Shown here in pieces: positions 11,061-21,200 of a stretch of DNA of 32,000 bases. Each line of letters begins with the position of its first letter. Positions within the stretch are counted from its first letter, which is position 1. The translations under genes and the position numbers were made by a program. The DNA comes from Saprospiraceae bacterium. Lineage in GTDB: Bacteria; Bacteroidota; Bacteroidia; Chitinophagales; Saprospiraceae. The notes beneath the pieces are model-generated. The model was not told the DNA's origin, searched no databases, and was given only the letters and a program-made list of their open reading frames with translations. The stretch covers positions 73,446-105,445 of the forward strand of contig BQJU01000008.1 in assembly GCA_021604865.1 (NCBI GenBank), given 5' to 3'.

Positions 11061-13124
11061 TCATTCCCCCATCAACAACAGCAAAAGATGCGCCGCCGAC
11101 CAACTAAAATGGTTAGACTCCAGGCCTTCACCAGTCAGTGGATGATAATTTTCCCGAATCGGCGCATCATCATTTTTCAAACCTTGCAAACGGTCAAAAA
11201 GATGATTAGAAAAACGTAATGCATCTTCATCAAATCCGTAATTTTTCAAGCCCTTTATCGCAAAATAGGCTTGATCAAGCCAGACGGGGCCGCGCCAATA
11301 GCCACCATCGGGTTGGAATTTCGGATGATCAGCAGCCAGGGTAGGGAAGGGTATATAGGTAGCAAATTTGGTGGTATCAGTCATCGTTTCCCTGATTCTT
11401 TCCGCTTGTTCCTGTGTGGCGGCACCTGCCCATAATGGGATCCACCCTTCTGCTCCAAAAACCTTAAACTGTTCTTTATCATCCAGGTCAATATCGTAAA
11501 ACCAGCCCGTTTCCTCATCATAAAAAATCGTTTGGATCTGAGTTTTCAAGATAGCCGCCTCCTGTTTGTATTTTCCGCATTTTTCGGTCTCTCCAAGTGC
11601 TTCTGCTATTTTCGCCAGGTATTGTTTTTCCGCAAAAAGGTAGGCATTTAAATCTACACTTTCCCGATTCATAGAGGCGCTAAATGCATTATTTTGTACG
11701 ATACTGGTTTCATCAAATCGAACGGCATTATCCATACCACTTTCCCATTTTGCCGCGATCAATGAGCCATCAGTAGAGCCGTATTCACATAGCCCATTTT
11801 GGTCATGATCGCGGAAGTCATACCACCATTGATGGTATTTTTCTGCTTTGGGAAAAAGGACCCGCAGGAAATCTTTATCGCTGGATTCTTTATAAACTTC
11901 CCAAATCGCCCAAGCCGAAAGAGGCGGTTTGCTATCCCGCCAATTGTGGTTTTCTATCGTATTGTCGCGGTACACACAGTCGGCTATCATGCCCAATGAA
12001 TCCTGAAAATCGTACATGGCGAGAATCTGATCCTGTGCCAGGTCTGTATCAAAATGCGCTACCGCCACTGCATGTTTCCAGCTATCCCAGGACCAAAAAC
12101 CATTAAACCATTCGTAATTATAACTAGGAAAGAGGCCTTGGTATTTTAAAAAACCGGCAGGGCTCCGCCAGTTATTGTTGAGTGTTTCCAGGCATTTGAT
12201 CGCCATTTTTTGATGAGCCTCGGTATTGAAATTTTCATCCAACGCATTGATCACTTTGGCAACTTGCGCATTCCAACGGTCCAGGTTTTGGGCAAAATAG
12301 ACGTCGGGATCGTCAAAAGCTTTTTGCAGAATGGCTTCTTCCTGCTGTCTTTCCTGTTCAGAAAAACAAAAGGTGTGGGTGAGGTAGGTGGTCCAGATTT
12401 CGTGGGGTTTCAGGCTTTTATCATTGAGCTTGATCTCGTAATTTGTATCGGTGGATTGGTAAACAGGATGATCCCTCTCATTAACAAGGATCAATGCAAT
12501 GTTTCCATTTTTGGTAAAGGCGATGTTGAGTGCATTATCGGTACTGGAAAATTGAACGCTATCCAGAAAGGTTTGACCACTCCACTGAATGCCCAGATTC
12601 ACTTCATCCTTTTCTTTCCTGTTTTGAATGCTGACTTTCGTCAAAGCTGTACGATCACTGATAAAAATTAATTCCGTTTGTACCAGAAGTGGTGGATCAT
12701 TAAATTTGTATTGTTGTTTTAGTTGGTTAGGGAAAGCATTATTTTCAATAATTTCCGCTTGTTTCCAATCAATTGGTTTACCGGTTTCCTGATGGATAAT
12801 ATCCAGTTTTGACAAAGATTCACTCATCCAAACGCCATTGTCCTGGGTCATTAAAAAAGGCCCGATGAAGCTCCCCAGAAATCCACGCTCTTCTTTTGGT
12901 AAAGCATAACCGTGCCAGGCCCCGAGGTCGGAAAACATAAACACGGAGCGATCGGTCGGATTTTCGGGAAGTCCTTTGTAATTTAAAATATTTGGGAAGT
13001 CAAAAACGGAAATTTCCGAAGCAGAAGACAAAGGTGCGGGTTCTTTACATTGCAAAACCAAACATGAGAGCGTTATTATTGTAAGTATTTTAATCCGTGA
13101 TTTGTTCATCGTATTAAATCTCAT
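11061..13124 (-). CDS. YgjK-like GH63 (alpha/alpha)6 alpha-glucosidase lipoprotein (this family is often auto-annotated as trehalase-family/MGH1-like)
   Basis: 687 aa. The signal/lipobox is ...TIITLSCLVLQC. The sequence is near-colinear with my recollection of E. coli YgjK: GFWSWDSWKHAVAVAHF, KWESGMDNAVRF, GGYWRGPVWLDQAYFAIKGL and IRENYHPLTGEGLESNHFSWSAAHLLLLL. The first ATG (13124) overlaps the upstream stop by 11 nt; an alternative ATG at 13109 lies 4 nt after that stop. Confidence 0.85.
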   Translation of the reverse strand: MRFNTMNKSRIKILTIITLSCLVLQCKEPAPLSSASEISVFDFPNILNYKGLPENPTDRSVFMFSDLGAWHGYALPKEERGFLGSFIGPFLMTQDNGVWMSESLSKLDIIHQETGKPIDWKQAEIIENNAFPNQLKQQYKFNDPPLLVQTELIFISDRTALTKVSIQNRKEKDEVNLGIQWSGQTFLDSVQFSSTDNALNIAFTKNGNIALILVNERDHPVYQSTDTNYEIKLNDKSLKPHEIWTTYLTHTFCFSEQERQQEEAILQKAFDDPDVYFAQNLDRWNAQVAKVINALDENFNTEAHQKMAIKCLETLNNNWRSPAGFLKYQGLFPSYNYEWFNGFWSWDSWKHAVAVAHFDTDLAQDQILAMYDFQDSLGMIADCVYRDNTIENHNWRDSKPPLSAWAIWEVYKESSDKDFLRVLFPKAEKYHQWWYDFRDHDQNGLCEYGSTDGSLIAAKWESGMDNAVRFDETSIVQNNAFSASMNRESVDLNAYLFAEKQYLAKIAEALGETEKCGKYKQEAAILKTQIQTIFYDEETGWFYDIDLDDKEQFKVFGAEGWIPLWAGAATQEQAERIRETMTDTTKFATYIPFPTLAADHPKFQPDGGYWRGPVWLDQAYFAIKGLKNYGFDEDALRFSNHLFDRLQGLKNDDAPIRENYHPLTGEGLESNHFSWSAAHLLLLLMGE

Positions 13125-16100
13125 TTTTCGCTGTACAAATTAGTTGTAGTTGGTCATTATTTTTGGCCACCAAAATGCCTTGACCACCTTTTCCTGCCAG
13201 TTTTATGGGTTCCATTTTTTTTACATCCCCCTCTAACAACAATCCACTTTTAAACGCAGGTATTGCCTTGAAAGTCATTTGCCCATTTCCCTGCAAATAC
13301 AACCCTACGCTTGCATCATTTCGAGGAGTTTCTATTTCTGATTGATATAGGTTGCCGGCAAATAAAACATCCAAAATTCCATCCTGGTCAAAGTCTTCGG
13401 CTATGCTTCCATTGATTGAGGAGAGCTGTGCCTCATTGGGTAATCTAATGACTTTAAATTGCTCATTGGCCAGGTTCTCCAAAATTACAGAAGCAAAAGT
13501 GGACACCTGTAAATGTAGCGATTCTTTCAGCTTGTCCGCTCCATAAACCTGGTCCAGTTTTGCGGATCCAAATTCGTGGTAAGTCGGAAATTTCTCTTTC
13601 AAAAAAGGCATTTGGGTAGACGAGCACTCCCGGCCACGTAACGGATAAAGACTGCCGCTATTGTAATATCCTAAAACAATATCCTGACTGCCATTGCCAT
13701 CAAAGTCATTACTAAATACTTCAAAGGGTTCTTCCCTGGAGGCCTTGTATTTATAATTCAACCCAAGGTTGCCCACCACATAATCCATATCACCATCGCC
13801 ATCAAGATCAGCGGGTGTGATACTCGACCACCAGCCGTTCATGGGGCCTTCATTTTGATTCATTAATACCTCTTCTCGCTTAAATTTACCATTTTCATTT
13901 TTGAAAAAAAGAATGGGCATCCACTCCCCTACCACAATTAAATCCGTTTGCTGGTCTCCATTAAAATCCGTCCAAACCGCATCGGTGACCATGCCAGGCT
14001 TAGTCAATTCGGAAACGACTTCTTTTGTCACATCCTTAAACATGCCACCATCATTTTGCAATAAATAACTCTGTGCAGGGAAGGCATATTTTCCAGGTAC
14101 CAGCCGACCACCAACAAATAAATCTACATCGCCATCAAGATCGTAGTCAAAGGGTTTGACACAAGCACCACTCGTCAACATTTTGGGTAGCAGGCGTTCG
14201 TTTTTGATAAACTGCTTTTGCCCATCATTCAAATAAATACGATCCTGCAAAAAAGGGCTATCTGCATCAAATTCATTGCCCCCACTGACGACGTATAAAT
14301 CCAGATCACCGTCATTATCGGCATCAAAAAATGTAGCCGCTACATCCTCATATTCTTTTTCTTTCTGCCATATCGAAAAGCTTGAAGGAATAAAAGCTCC
14401 ATTTTTTTGCTGAAAATACAATTCCCCACCATGACCTTTTGCTCCGCCGACAAAAAAGTCTTGTAAACCATCTCCATTGACATCTCCAACAGCCAACGCG
14501 GGCCCGAATTGGGACATCTTATGAGGCAATAAACTTTCTTTTTTAAAATCATCGTATTCATTTTCGATATGCCGATGATAAAGGCCGACATCAGCCGTCA
14601 CCTCTCGAAATAGGCCGCCAGGTATCCATCCACTTTCAGCAGGAGAAGCGCTTATTGCCTGTTCATATTTTAATTTAAGTCTTTGATTCGCCTTGATATT
14701 GTTTAGTTTTTCTTGTTTGCCATCAGGCCAGACAATCGCGATTTCATCGATAACTTCGGCATTACCCAATCCAAAATGGAGGACTGTTGAAACAGCAGAT
14801 TGATATCCTCTTGTTGGATAATTTTCGAGTACCTGGATCTGATTGTCAACCTTAATTTTCACAAATGCTCCAATCCCAAATGGATTTTTTGATGGCCCTT
14901 CTAATGCTAATTGTAAATGGTTTTGAGTGGTATTGTTTTTAAAAATAAAAGCTTCCTCATCTATATTATTAACCACTAAGTCAAGATCGCCATCCGCATC
15001 CAGGTCGGCATAAACGGCACCATTGGAAAAGGAGGCAGTCGTAATGCCCCATGCTTCGGTTTTTTTTGAAAAGGTAAGGTCGCCGTTATTTTTAAAAAAG
15101 TAATTTTTGGTCTTACGCTGGGGTGTTTTTTCAACCAGCTCTTCCATGACCACCGTTATTTTTTCTCCACGGGTTTTAGCGTCTTTAAGTCGCTGTAATT
15201 TATATTTCCGAAAATCATTATTCCGGAAATCTCTTTTCAGGCCATTGCTAACAAATAAGTCTTTCAATCCGTCATTATCAAAATCGGCAAATAAAGGAGC
15301 CCAACTCCAGTCGGTATTCGATATACCGGCGAGTTGGGCTATCTCACTAAATTTATGATTGCCATTGTTGAGTTGTAAGGCGTTGTACATGTATTGATAA
15401 TGAAAGCCATGTTGCACTGCATGGTTAAAAGCAGCCGGATTCATACCGCTCATCGCTGTTTTGATGCCATAATTATCTTCTGCTACCATGTCCAATGAGA
15501 TAATATCCAGCCAGCCATCATTATTAAAATCAGCGATATCTGTCCCCATTGAAAAGTTGGAAGTATGTTTGATTGCTGTTTTCAGACTTTCGGTAAAGGT
15601 GCCATCGCCATTATTTAAATACAGGTAATCCTGTTCGATATAATCATTGCCTACATAAATGTCCGGCCAGCCATCTTGATTTAGATCGCCAACGGAAATG
15701 CCCAACCCAAACCCCAGGGGGTTGCTGATGATGCCCGCCTGTTTGGTAATATCGGTAAAACTTCCATTTTCATTACGGAATAATTTATCTCCTGCAAATT
15801 CATCATATTGCAATTTGAATTTTTCGGGATGATTGGTATTGATGGGGGTCGTATTGTGGTTTAATAAAAATAAGTCGAGGTCGCCATCACGGTCAAAATC
15901 GAAAAAGGCCGCCTGGGTACTGTAGCCCGGAAAGTTTAGGCCATATTGTGCTGCTACTTCCGTAAATGTGCCATTTTTATTATTGAGATACAATTCGTTT
16001 TCCCGGTCTTTTGTTTTGCCTTTACCCGACTTACAAACATAGATATCCAGCCAGCCATCCGCATTGATATCTACCATTGTCACCCCCGTTGACCAACCAA

Positions 16101-16473
16101 ACGAGCCTTTGATGCCCGCCTCTTGAGTGATGTCTTCAAATTGAAAATTGCCCTTATTTTTATAGAGTTTATTTTCTTTCAGGTTGGCAACAAAATACAG
16201 ATCAGGAAGGCCATCATTGTCAATATCACCGACTGCAACGCCTCCGCCATTGTAAAAATATTCATACACCATGCTATTCATCGTGCTGCTTTCCGGAATG
16301 TCGTTGCGAAAAGCGACACCGGTGACAGTAGCAGGCAATTGAGTAAATAAGGTCTCTTGGCTCTCCTGATCGCTTTGTGTTTGTTTTAAGGAGGTACCGC
16401 TTTTCTGGCATCCACTCAACACTAAGAATAGGAGAATCACAACGGTTATAGATGGAGCAGTGGGTTGATGCAC
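13114..16473 (-). CDS. CRTAC1/ASPIC-UnbV family protein: two 7-repeat FG-GAP/VCBS propellers flanking a central UnbV_ASPIC domain; lipoprotein
   Basis: 1119 aa. I count 14 Ca-binding-like DxDxDGxxD repeats, 7 before and 7 after the UnbV-like block (examples: DIDNDGLPDLY, DFDRDGDLDLF, DLDADGDLDLV, then DVNGDGLQDFF, DADNDGDLDLY, DLDGDGDMDYV). The UnbV-like block is NPFGIGAFVKIKV...GYQSAVSTVLHFGLG...IAIVWPDGK. The lipobox is LVLSGC. The start codon at 16473 is GTG, and the frame is closed just upstream. Confidence 0.85.
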   Translation of the reverse strand: MHQPTAPSITVVILLFLVLSGCQKSGTSLKQTQSDQESQETLFTQLPATVTGVAFRNDIPESSTMNSMVYEYFYNGGGVAVGDIDNDGLPDLYFVANLKENKLYKNKGNFQFEDITQEAGIKGSFGWSTGVTMVDINADGWLDIYVCKSGKGKTKDRENELYLNNKNGTFTEVAAQYGLNFPGYSTQAAFFDFDRDGDLDLFLLNHNTTPINTNHPEKFKLQYDEFAGDKLFRNENGSFTDITKQAGIISNPLGFGLGISVGDLNQDGWPDIYVGNDYIEQDYLYLNNGDGTFTESLKTAIKHTSNFSMGTDIADFNNDGWLDIISLDMVAEDNYGIKTAMSGMNPAAFNHAVQHGFHYQYMYNALQLNNGNHKFSEIAQLAGISNTDWSWAPLFADFDNDGLKDLFVSNGLKRDFRNNDFRKYKLQRLKDAKTRGEKITVVMEELVEKTPQRKTKNYFFKNNGDLTFSKKTEAWGITTASFSNGAVYADLDADGDLDLVVNNIDEEAFIFKNNTTQNHLQLALEGPSKNPFGIGAFVKIKVDNQIQVLENYPTRGYQSAVSTVLHFGLGNAEVIDEIAIVWPDGKQEKLNNIKANQRLKLKYEQAISASPAESGWIPGGLFREVTADVGLYHRHIENEYDDFKKESLLPHKMSQFGPALAVGDVNGDGLQDFFVGGAKGHGGELYFQQKNGAFIPSSFSIWQKEKEYEDVAATFFDADNDGDLDLYVVSGGNEFDADSPFLQDRIYLNDGQKQFIKNERLLPKMLTSGACVKPFDYDLDGDVDLFVGGRLVPGKYAFPAQSYLLQNDGGMFKDVTKEVVSELTKPGMVTDAVWTDFNGDQQTDLIVVGEWMPILFFKNENGKFKREEVLMNQNEGPMNGWWSSITPADLDGDGDMDYVVGNLGLNYKYKASREEPFEVFSNDFDGNGSQDIVLGYYNSGSLYPLRGRECSSTQMPFLKEKFPTYHEFGSAKLDQVYGADKLKESLHLQVSTFASVILENLANEQFKVIRLPNEAQLSSINGSIAEDFDQDGILDVLFAGNLYQSEIETPRNDASVGLYLQGNGQMTFKAIPAFKSGLLLEGDVKKMEPIKLAGKGGQGILVAKNNDQLQLICTAKNEI

Positions 16474-16487
16474 TTTTGGTAATTAAA

Positions 16488-16530
16488 TTAGGTGAAAAAA
16501 AAGCACCTAACCAATCCTTAATTGATTAGG
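16488..16530 (-). terminator. Candidate intrinsic terminator/attenuator between susD-like gene and the CRTAC1-family gene
   Basis: The minus-strand RNA reads CCUAAUCAAUUAAGGAUUGGUUAGG-UGC-UUUUUUUU-CACCUAA. One imperfect hairpin (16506-16530) is followed by a U8 tract. An alternative 7-bp hairpin (UUAGGUG/CACCUAA, 16488-16510) would use the U-tract as its loop. The two hairpins share CCUAA, so they are mutually exclusive. Confidence 0.35.
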
Positions 16531-16642
16531 CGCGTAAAAATGTATGAAACTTAATTTTTCCCAAGATCGAGTATCCTTTCAAAAAGGGAGGATCGGGAGA
16601 CAGGGTGTTGCATTTCTCCTTTTCCGTATCTCCCCAGCCCTT

Positions 16643-18166
16643 TTACCAACCAAGGTTTTGCTCCAGATTATCGTTAATATCCAATTCCTGAAGTGGAATC
16701 GGGAAAATGATGTGTTTATCCTGGAAATTATCAACAAAGGGAATATTGTGGTTTTGAAAAGTCGTTTTTATCGATTCTCTAGCCGTACTTCCTCTTTCCC
16801 AACGATACAAATCAAACCAGCGGATGCCGAATTCCATCGCCAATTCTACCGGGCGCTCGTGGTGGCGTATTTGATTGCGTAGTTCCTCTTGTCCCATGGT
16901 GGCTAGTGGCACTGCTTTGCCCCGTTCGCGCACCTTATTGACTTCGATGATCGCCTGATCCGTTTTTCCATTTTCATTTAATGCTTCTGCATACATCAGC
17001 AATACATCGGCGTAACGGATTAGGGAAATATTGGTACCGGCATAATAGTTTTCGTCAGCATTCACTGCATATTTTTTGAAATACGCCGGGTGGTTCAGGT
17101 CTGTTGCAACATCGGGATAAGCGATCTCTCCTCCCCCATCAAGGCTGTACATATCAGATTGAGGATCATCAAAAAAGATGCTTTCATATACGCGTTCACT
17201 AGGATTGCCATTGGCATCCAGGTCTGTTTGCATTTCCTCTACCAACCATTCAGAAGGGTAAAACAATTCCCATCCTCCAAATGCATAAGGCGACACCTCA
17301 AAGTTGAAAGGGTGGCGCTCATCATTACCATTGGAGCGGTCGCCGGAAAATTGGATTTCAAATACACTTTCCAGGCCATTTTCGCCATTGCCATTAAAAT
17401 TATCAGCAAAATTATCCAGCAAAGCGTAGTGATCGCTATCTACAACATCCTTTAAGGCGACTTCTGCTTCTCCCCATTTTTCCTGAAAAAGCAATGCTTT
17501 ACCGAGAAGAGCTTTGGCAGCACCTTTTGTCGCCCGACCGGTCCATTGTGCTTCATGTGTTTCCAATAAAGCAGCATCCGCATCTTTCAGGTCCGCTTCA
17601 ATTTGCGCCCAAATTTGTTGTGGGGTCGACTGGCTAGGGAATAAATTGGCGGGATCAGTTTCAAAAGTGGTCACCAGGGGAACATTTTCAAAACCGGTCA
17701 CTAACCAGAAGTAATATAGTGCTCTCAAAAACTTTGCTTCCGCGACAATAACGTCTCTCGTTCCAGCATCTACATCATCCATTTTGGGAACCCTTTGTAT
17801 AATCTGATTGGCACGGCCGATACCGGCATAACTGGCCAACCATACATTGTAAGGACCACTCTCTTCTGTAGTATTGGTGAAGTTGGTCAAGGCACGGCCA
17901 TAAATTTCACTGGTATTGCCCACAATGTCATCACCACGATAACTCATGGCGATGTACAGTTCTTCAAAAAAGGCCCACTTGCTACCACTTGCACTGTGTA
18001 ATGCAGCATAGGCAGCAGTTAATGCCTGTAGGGCGTGTTCCTCGGTTTGCCAAAAACTTTCCTCCGTTAAAACTTCTTTATTTTCTACTTCAATAAAGTC
18101 ATCACTACAGGAAGAAAAAACGCCCAGAAATAAGATAGACAGTAAAATATAATTGATTTTTTTCAT
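16643..18166 (-). CDS. SusD/RagB-family nutrient-binding outer-membrane lipoprotein
   Basis: 507 aa. The lipoprotein signal is MKKINYILLSILFLGVFSSC. The sequence has TPR-like helical SusD features (e.g. RALYYFWLVTGFENVPLV, IRYADVLLMYAEALNE, ERPVELAMEFGIRWFDLYRW). It lies immediately downstream of a SusC-type gene. Confidence 0.9.
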   Translation of the reverse strand: MKKINYILLSILFLGVFSSCSDDFIEVENKEVLTEESFWQTEEHALQALTAAYAALHSASGSKWAFFEELYIAMSYRGDDIVGNTSEIYGRALTNFTNTTEESGPYNVWLASYAGIGRANQIIQRVPKMDDVDAGTRDVIVAEAKFLRALYYFWLVTGFENVPLVTTFETDPANLFPSQSTPQQIWAQIEADLKDADAALLETHEAQWTGRATKGAAKALLGKALLFQEKWGEAEVALKDVVDSDHYALLDNFADNFNGNGENGLESVFEIQFSGDRSNGNDERHPFNFEVSPYAFGGWELFYPSEWLVEEMQTDLDANGNPSERVYESIFFDDPQSDMYSLDGGGEIAYPDVATDLNHPAYFKKYAVNADENYYAGTNISLIRYADVLLMYAEALNENGKTDQAIIEVNKVRERGKAVPLATMGQEELRNQIRHHERPVELAMEFGIRWFDLYRWERGSTARESIKTTFQNHNIPFVDNFQDKHIIFPIPLQELDINDNLEQNLGW

Positions 18167-18199
18167 TGCTCTTTTTTTAAAAATGAAATTTGATTGGAG

Positions 18200-18255
18200 G
18201 TCGGGAGTCGGGGGTCAGGAGTCAGGGGTCAGGAGTCAGGAGTCAGGGGTCAGGG
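18200..18255. repeat. Tandem heptamer array, 8 units of GTCRGGR (plus strand) in the susC-susD intergenic spacer
   Basis: Read directly from the sequence: gtcggga gtcgggg gtcagga gtcaggg gtcagga gtcagga gtcaggg gtcaggg. Partial units flank the array (18196-18199 and 18256-18260). A 7-nt period is incompatible with coding. Confidence 0.9.
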
Positions 18256-18297
18256 GTTCCGTTATTTCTGCCTCCACGATCTCTGTGTCCTACTCCT

Positions 18298-21200
18298 TTA
18301 AAATCCAAGATTTATACCCACCACAAAAGACTTGGTTAATGGATAAAATCCACGATCCACCCCACGCGTAAACAACCCGCTATTGGAAATGCCTGGATCA
18401 AATCCTGAATAGTCAGTAATGGTCAGTAGGTTGTATGCACTAATATAAATTCTCGCCTTGGAAATAGCCACCTTGTTGACCAATTCTGTTGGCAAAGTGT
18501 AGCCAATTTGCAGGTTGCGCAACCGCAGGTAGGAGCCATCTTCCAGAAAATAATCAGATGGACGAATATTGCTATTCGGGTCAGTGGATACATTTCTTGG
18601 TATGCTGCTGCCGGTATTGGTAGGCGACCAGGCATTGACCAGATCAGCAGAAACATTTTCTATGCGGTCGGTTCGGTAGAGCCACATTTTCATACCATTG
18701 TACATATTGTTGCCTTGGGTCCCCTGAAAAAACAAGGTCAGGTCAAAGTTTTTATAATAGGCATTAAAGGTGAGGCCATACTCCAACTTGGGCAAACCAC
18801 TGTCAAAAAACACTTTGTCGTCATCATCCAGAACGCCATCGCTGTTGGTATCTACAAATTTCAGGTCGCCAGGAGCAGCATTGGGTTGAATGGCATGCGC
18901 ATCCACTTCCGCCTGGCTTTGAAAAATGCCATCGGTTTGGAAAATATAGAAACGTCCGATCTCGCCACCTACTTCGGTGCGGGTGGTTGGAAAATTGACA
19001 AACTCGATATATCCTTCGGTAAAGGATTCATCCGCAAATCCCAATTTGGTGATCTTATTTTTTGAAGCACTGAGATTGGCTGTGATGTCAAACCTGAAAT
19101 CGCCCTTTTTCTGGCGGTAGGTCGTCGACAATTCCCAACCTTTGTTTTCCATTTCACCGCCATTGGTCAATGGGAAAGTGGTAATGCCTGAAGTGGCTGG
19201 CACCGGCACACTCACCAGCATGTCCTCGGTTTTGGAGGTAAAATAATCGAAGGTCAGCAACCAGCGGTCATCCATAAATCCGAGGTCGACACCAAAGTTG
19301 GTCGTGGTTGTCTCTTCCCACTTGATATCCGGCGTTGGCAAGGAGGTATTGATGGCACCAACAACGATCTCCTGACGCATTTCCTGGCCAAAAGGGTAAT
19401 TTAATTGTGCGCCACCTGAAGCGATTCTTGCTAGGAACAGGTGGTCGCCAATATTCTGGTTGCCTAAGGTACCATAGCTAAAGCGAGGCTTGAATTCACT
19501 GATAAAGTCTACATTGAAAAAATCTTCATGATGCAATCCCCAACCTAACGAAATGGAATAGAAGTTACCGTATTTATTATCCGCGGCAAACCGGGAAGAA
19601 CCATCCCGGCGCAGGCTGGCCTGGACAAAATATTTGTTGCCATAATTATAGTTCAGGCGTCCAAAATAGGACTGTAAAGTACTCGTAGAATTAAAGCCAA
19701 AAGAAGCCTCATCGCCAATGCCGGCACTCAATGCTTCCAGGGAGTTGGAAGGCAGCTTCCGGTTGACACCACCGACCGACCGGAATTCGCTTTTCTCTCT
19801 GGAAATACCGCCCATTATGCCAATGTTGTGTTCACCAAAGGAATTTTGGTAATTCAGAACATTGTTTAGCGTCCAGGCATTCAACCGGGCTCTTGTTTCA
19901 GAAATGTACGGATCTTCCACTGTCGCCTGAGGCCCGAAGCTATAAGCTGGAAGGTGGTAATAGTTGTAGGTGTTCTCTGTATTATATCCAAATTGAAACT
20001 GGTAAGTCAGGCCCTCAAGGATTTTCAATTCTGCAGCCAGGTTGAATTGAAGATAGTCATCCTGATTTTGGTCAGTCTCCAGGGAACGCTCACCAATTGG
20101 GTTGCCGGAACCTAATCCAGGATCGGGCTCAGCAAACCCGTTGGAGGAGTTGACATCATAGATTTCTTTATGGGGAATTGCTGAAAAAGCATACAGGAAT
20201 GGCGAAAAGCTCGCATTGCCACCGCCAGTAGGTTCAAAAATATTATTGGAATTATCGCGGGTATAACCAATGCCAGGGGCAATGCTCAGGCGACCGTCCA
20301 GTAATTTAAAATCGAGGTTTAAACGGGCATTATACCGGGCAAAATCCGTATTGATAACCGTTCCTGAATTTTTAAAATACCCTCCGGAGAAGAAGTAACT
20401 CATTTCCTCCGTACCTCCTGAGATGCCCAGATCGTATTTCTGCTCAAATGCATCTTTGATATAAGCATCTGCCCAATCGGTATCCGCATATTGATTATCA
20501 TTGAGGGTATACTCAAGCGGATCATCGCCGCCATTTTCCCGAGCTTCTTTCATGATCTGGTTGTACTGCGCTTTATTGGCCATCTCCACATTATTAGTCA
20601 AGCTGTGAGTAGCCACATAGGTATTCAGTGATACCCTTGGTGCGCCAGTCTTTCCGCGTTTGGTTGTCACAATCACCACTCCATTAGAAGCCCTGGCACC
20701 ATAAATGGTGGCAGCCGAGGCATCCCGCAAAACGTTGATGCTTTCAATATCCGCCGGGTTGATATACGATAGATCACCGGGAATCCCATCAATAACAAAG
20801 AGAGGGTTGTTGTTGCCAATGGTGCCAAGTCCACGGATGCGAATCACCGGGTTGCCCCCTGGTGCACCGGTTGCAGCAGCAACATTTACACCTGCTGCCT
20901 GGCCTTGCAGAGCAGTGGCGACATCAGCAGTTGGTATCTTTTGAATTTCATCAACATTGACCGTTGAAACCGCACCAGTGATATCACTTTTCTTTTGTTT
21001 GCCGTAACCTACCACCACTACTTCATCCAAAATAGCGACGTCGGTACGCATCACCACATTAATGGTCGACTGGCCCTTAATCTCTACTACTTGCTCTAAA
21101 TACCCGGTATAAGTAAACACCAGATTTGTTGTTCCATCAGGTACTTCCAAACGGAAGGCACCATCGTAGTCGGTAGCGGTTCCGATAGCGGTATTCTCCG

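Noticed and set aside
10968-11219. An 83-aa plus-strand ORF spanning the GH63/fusion-gene spacer.
   Set aside because: It runs antisense into the GH63 3' end. Its open frame is helped by the GC-rich hairpin region, and no motif is present.
18153-18371. A 72-aa plus-strand ORF (MIFFIALFLKMKFDWRSGVGGQESGVRSQESGVRG...) covering the heptamer array.
   Set aside because: The repetitive peptide is simply the 7-bp array read through in rotating frames. The ORF is antisense to the susC 3' end and has no recognisable signal.
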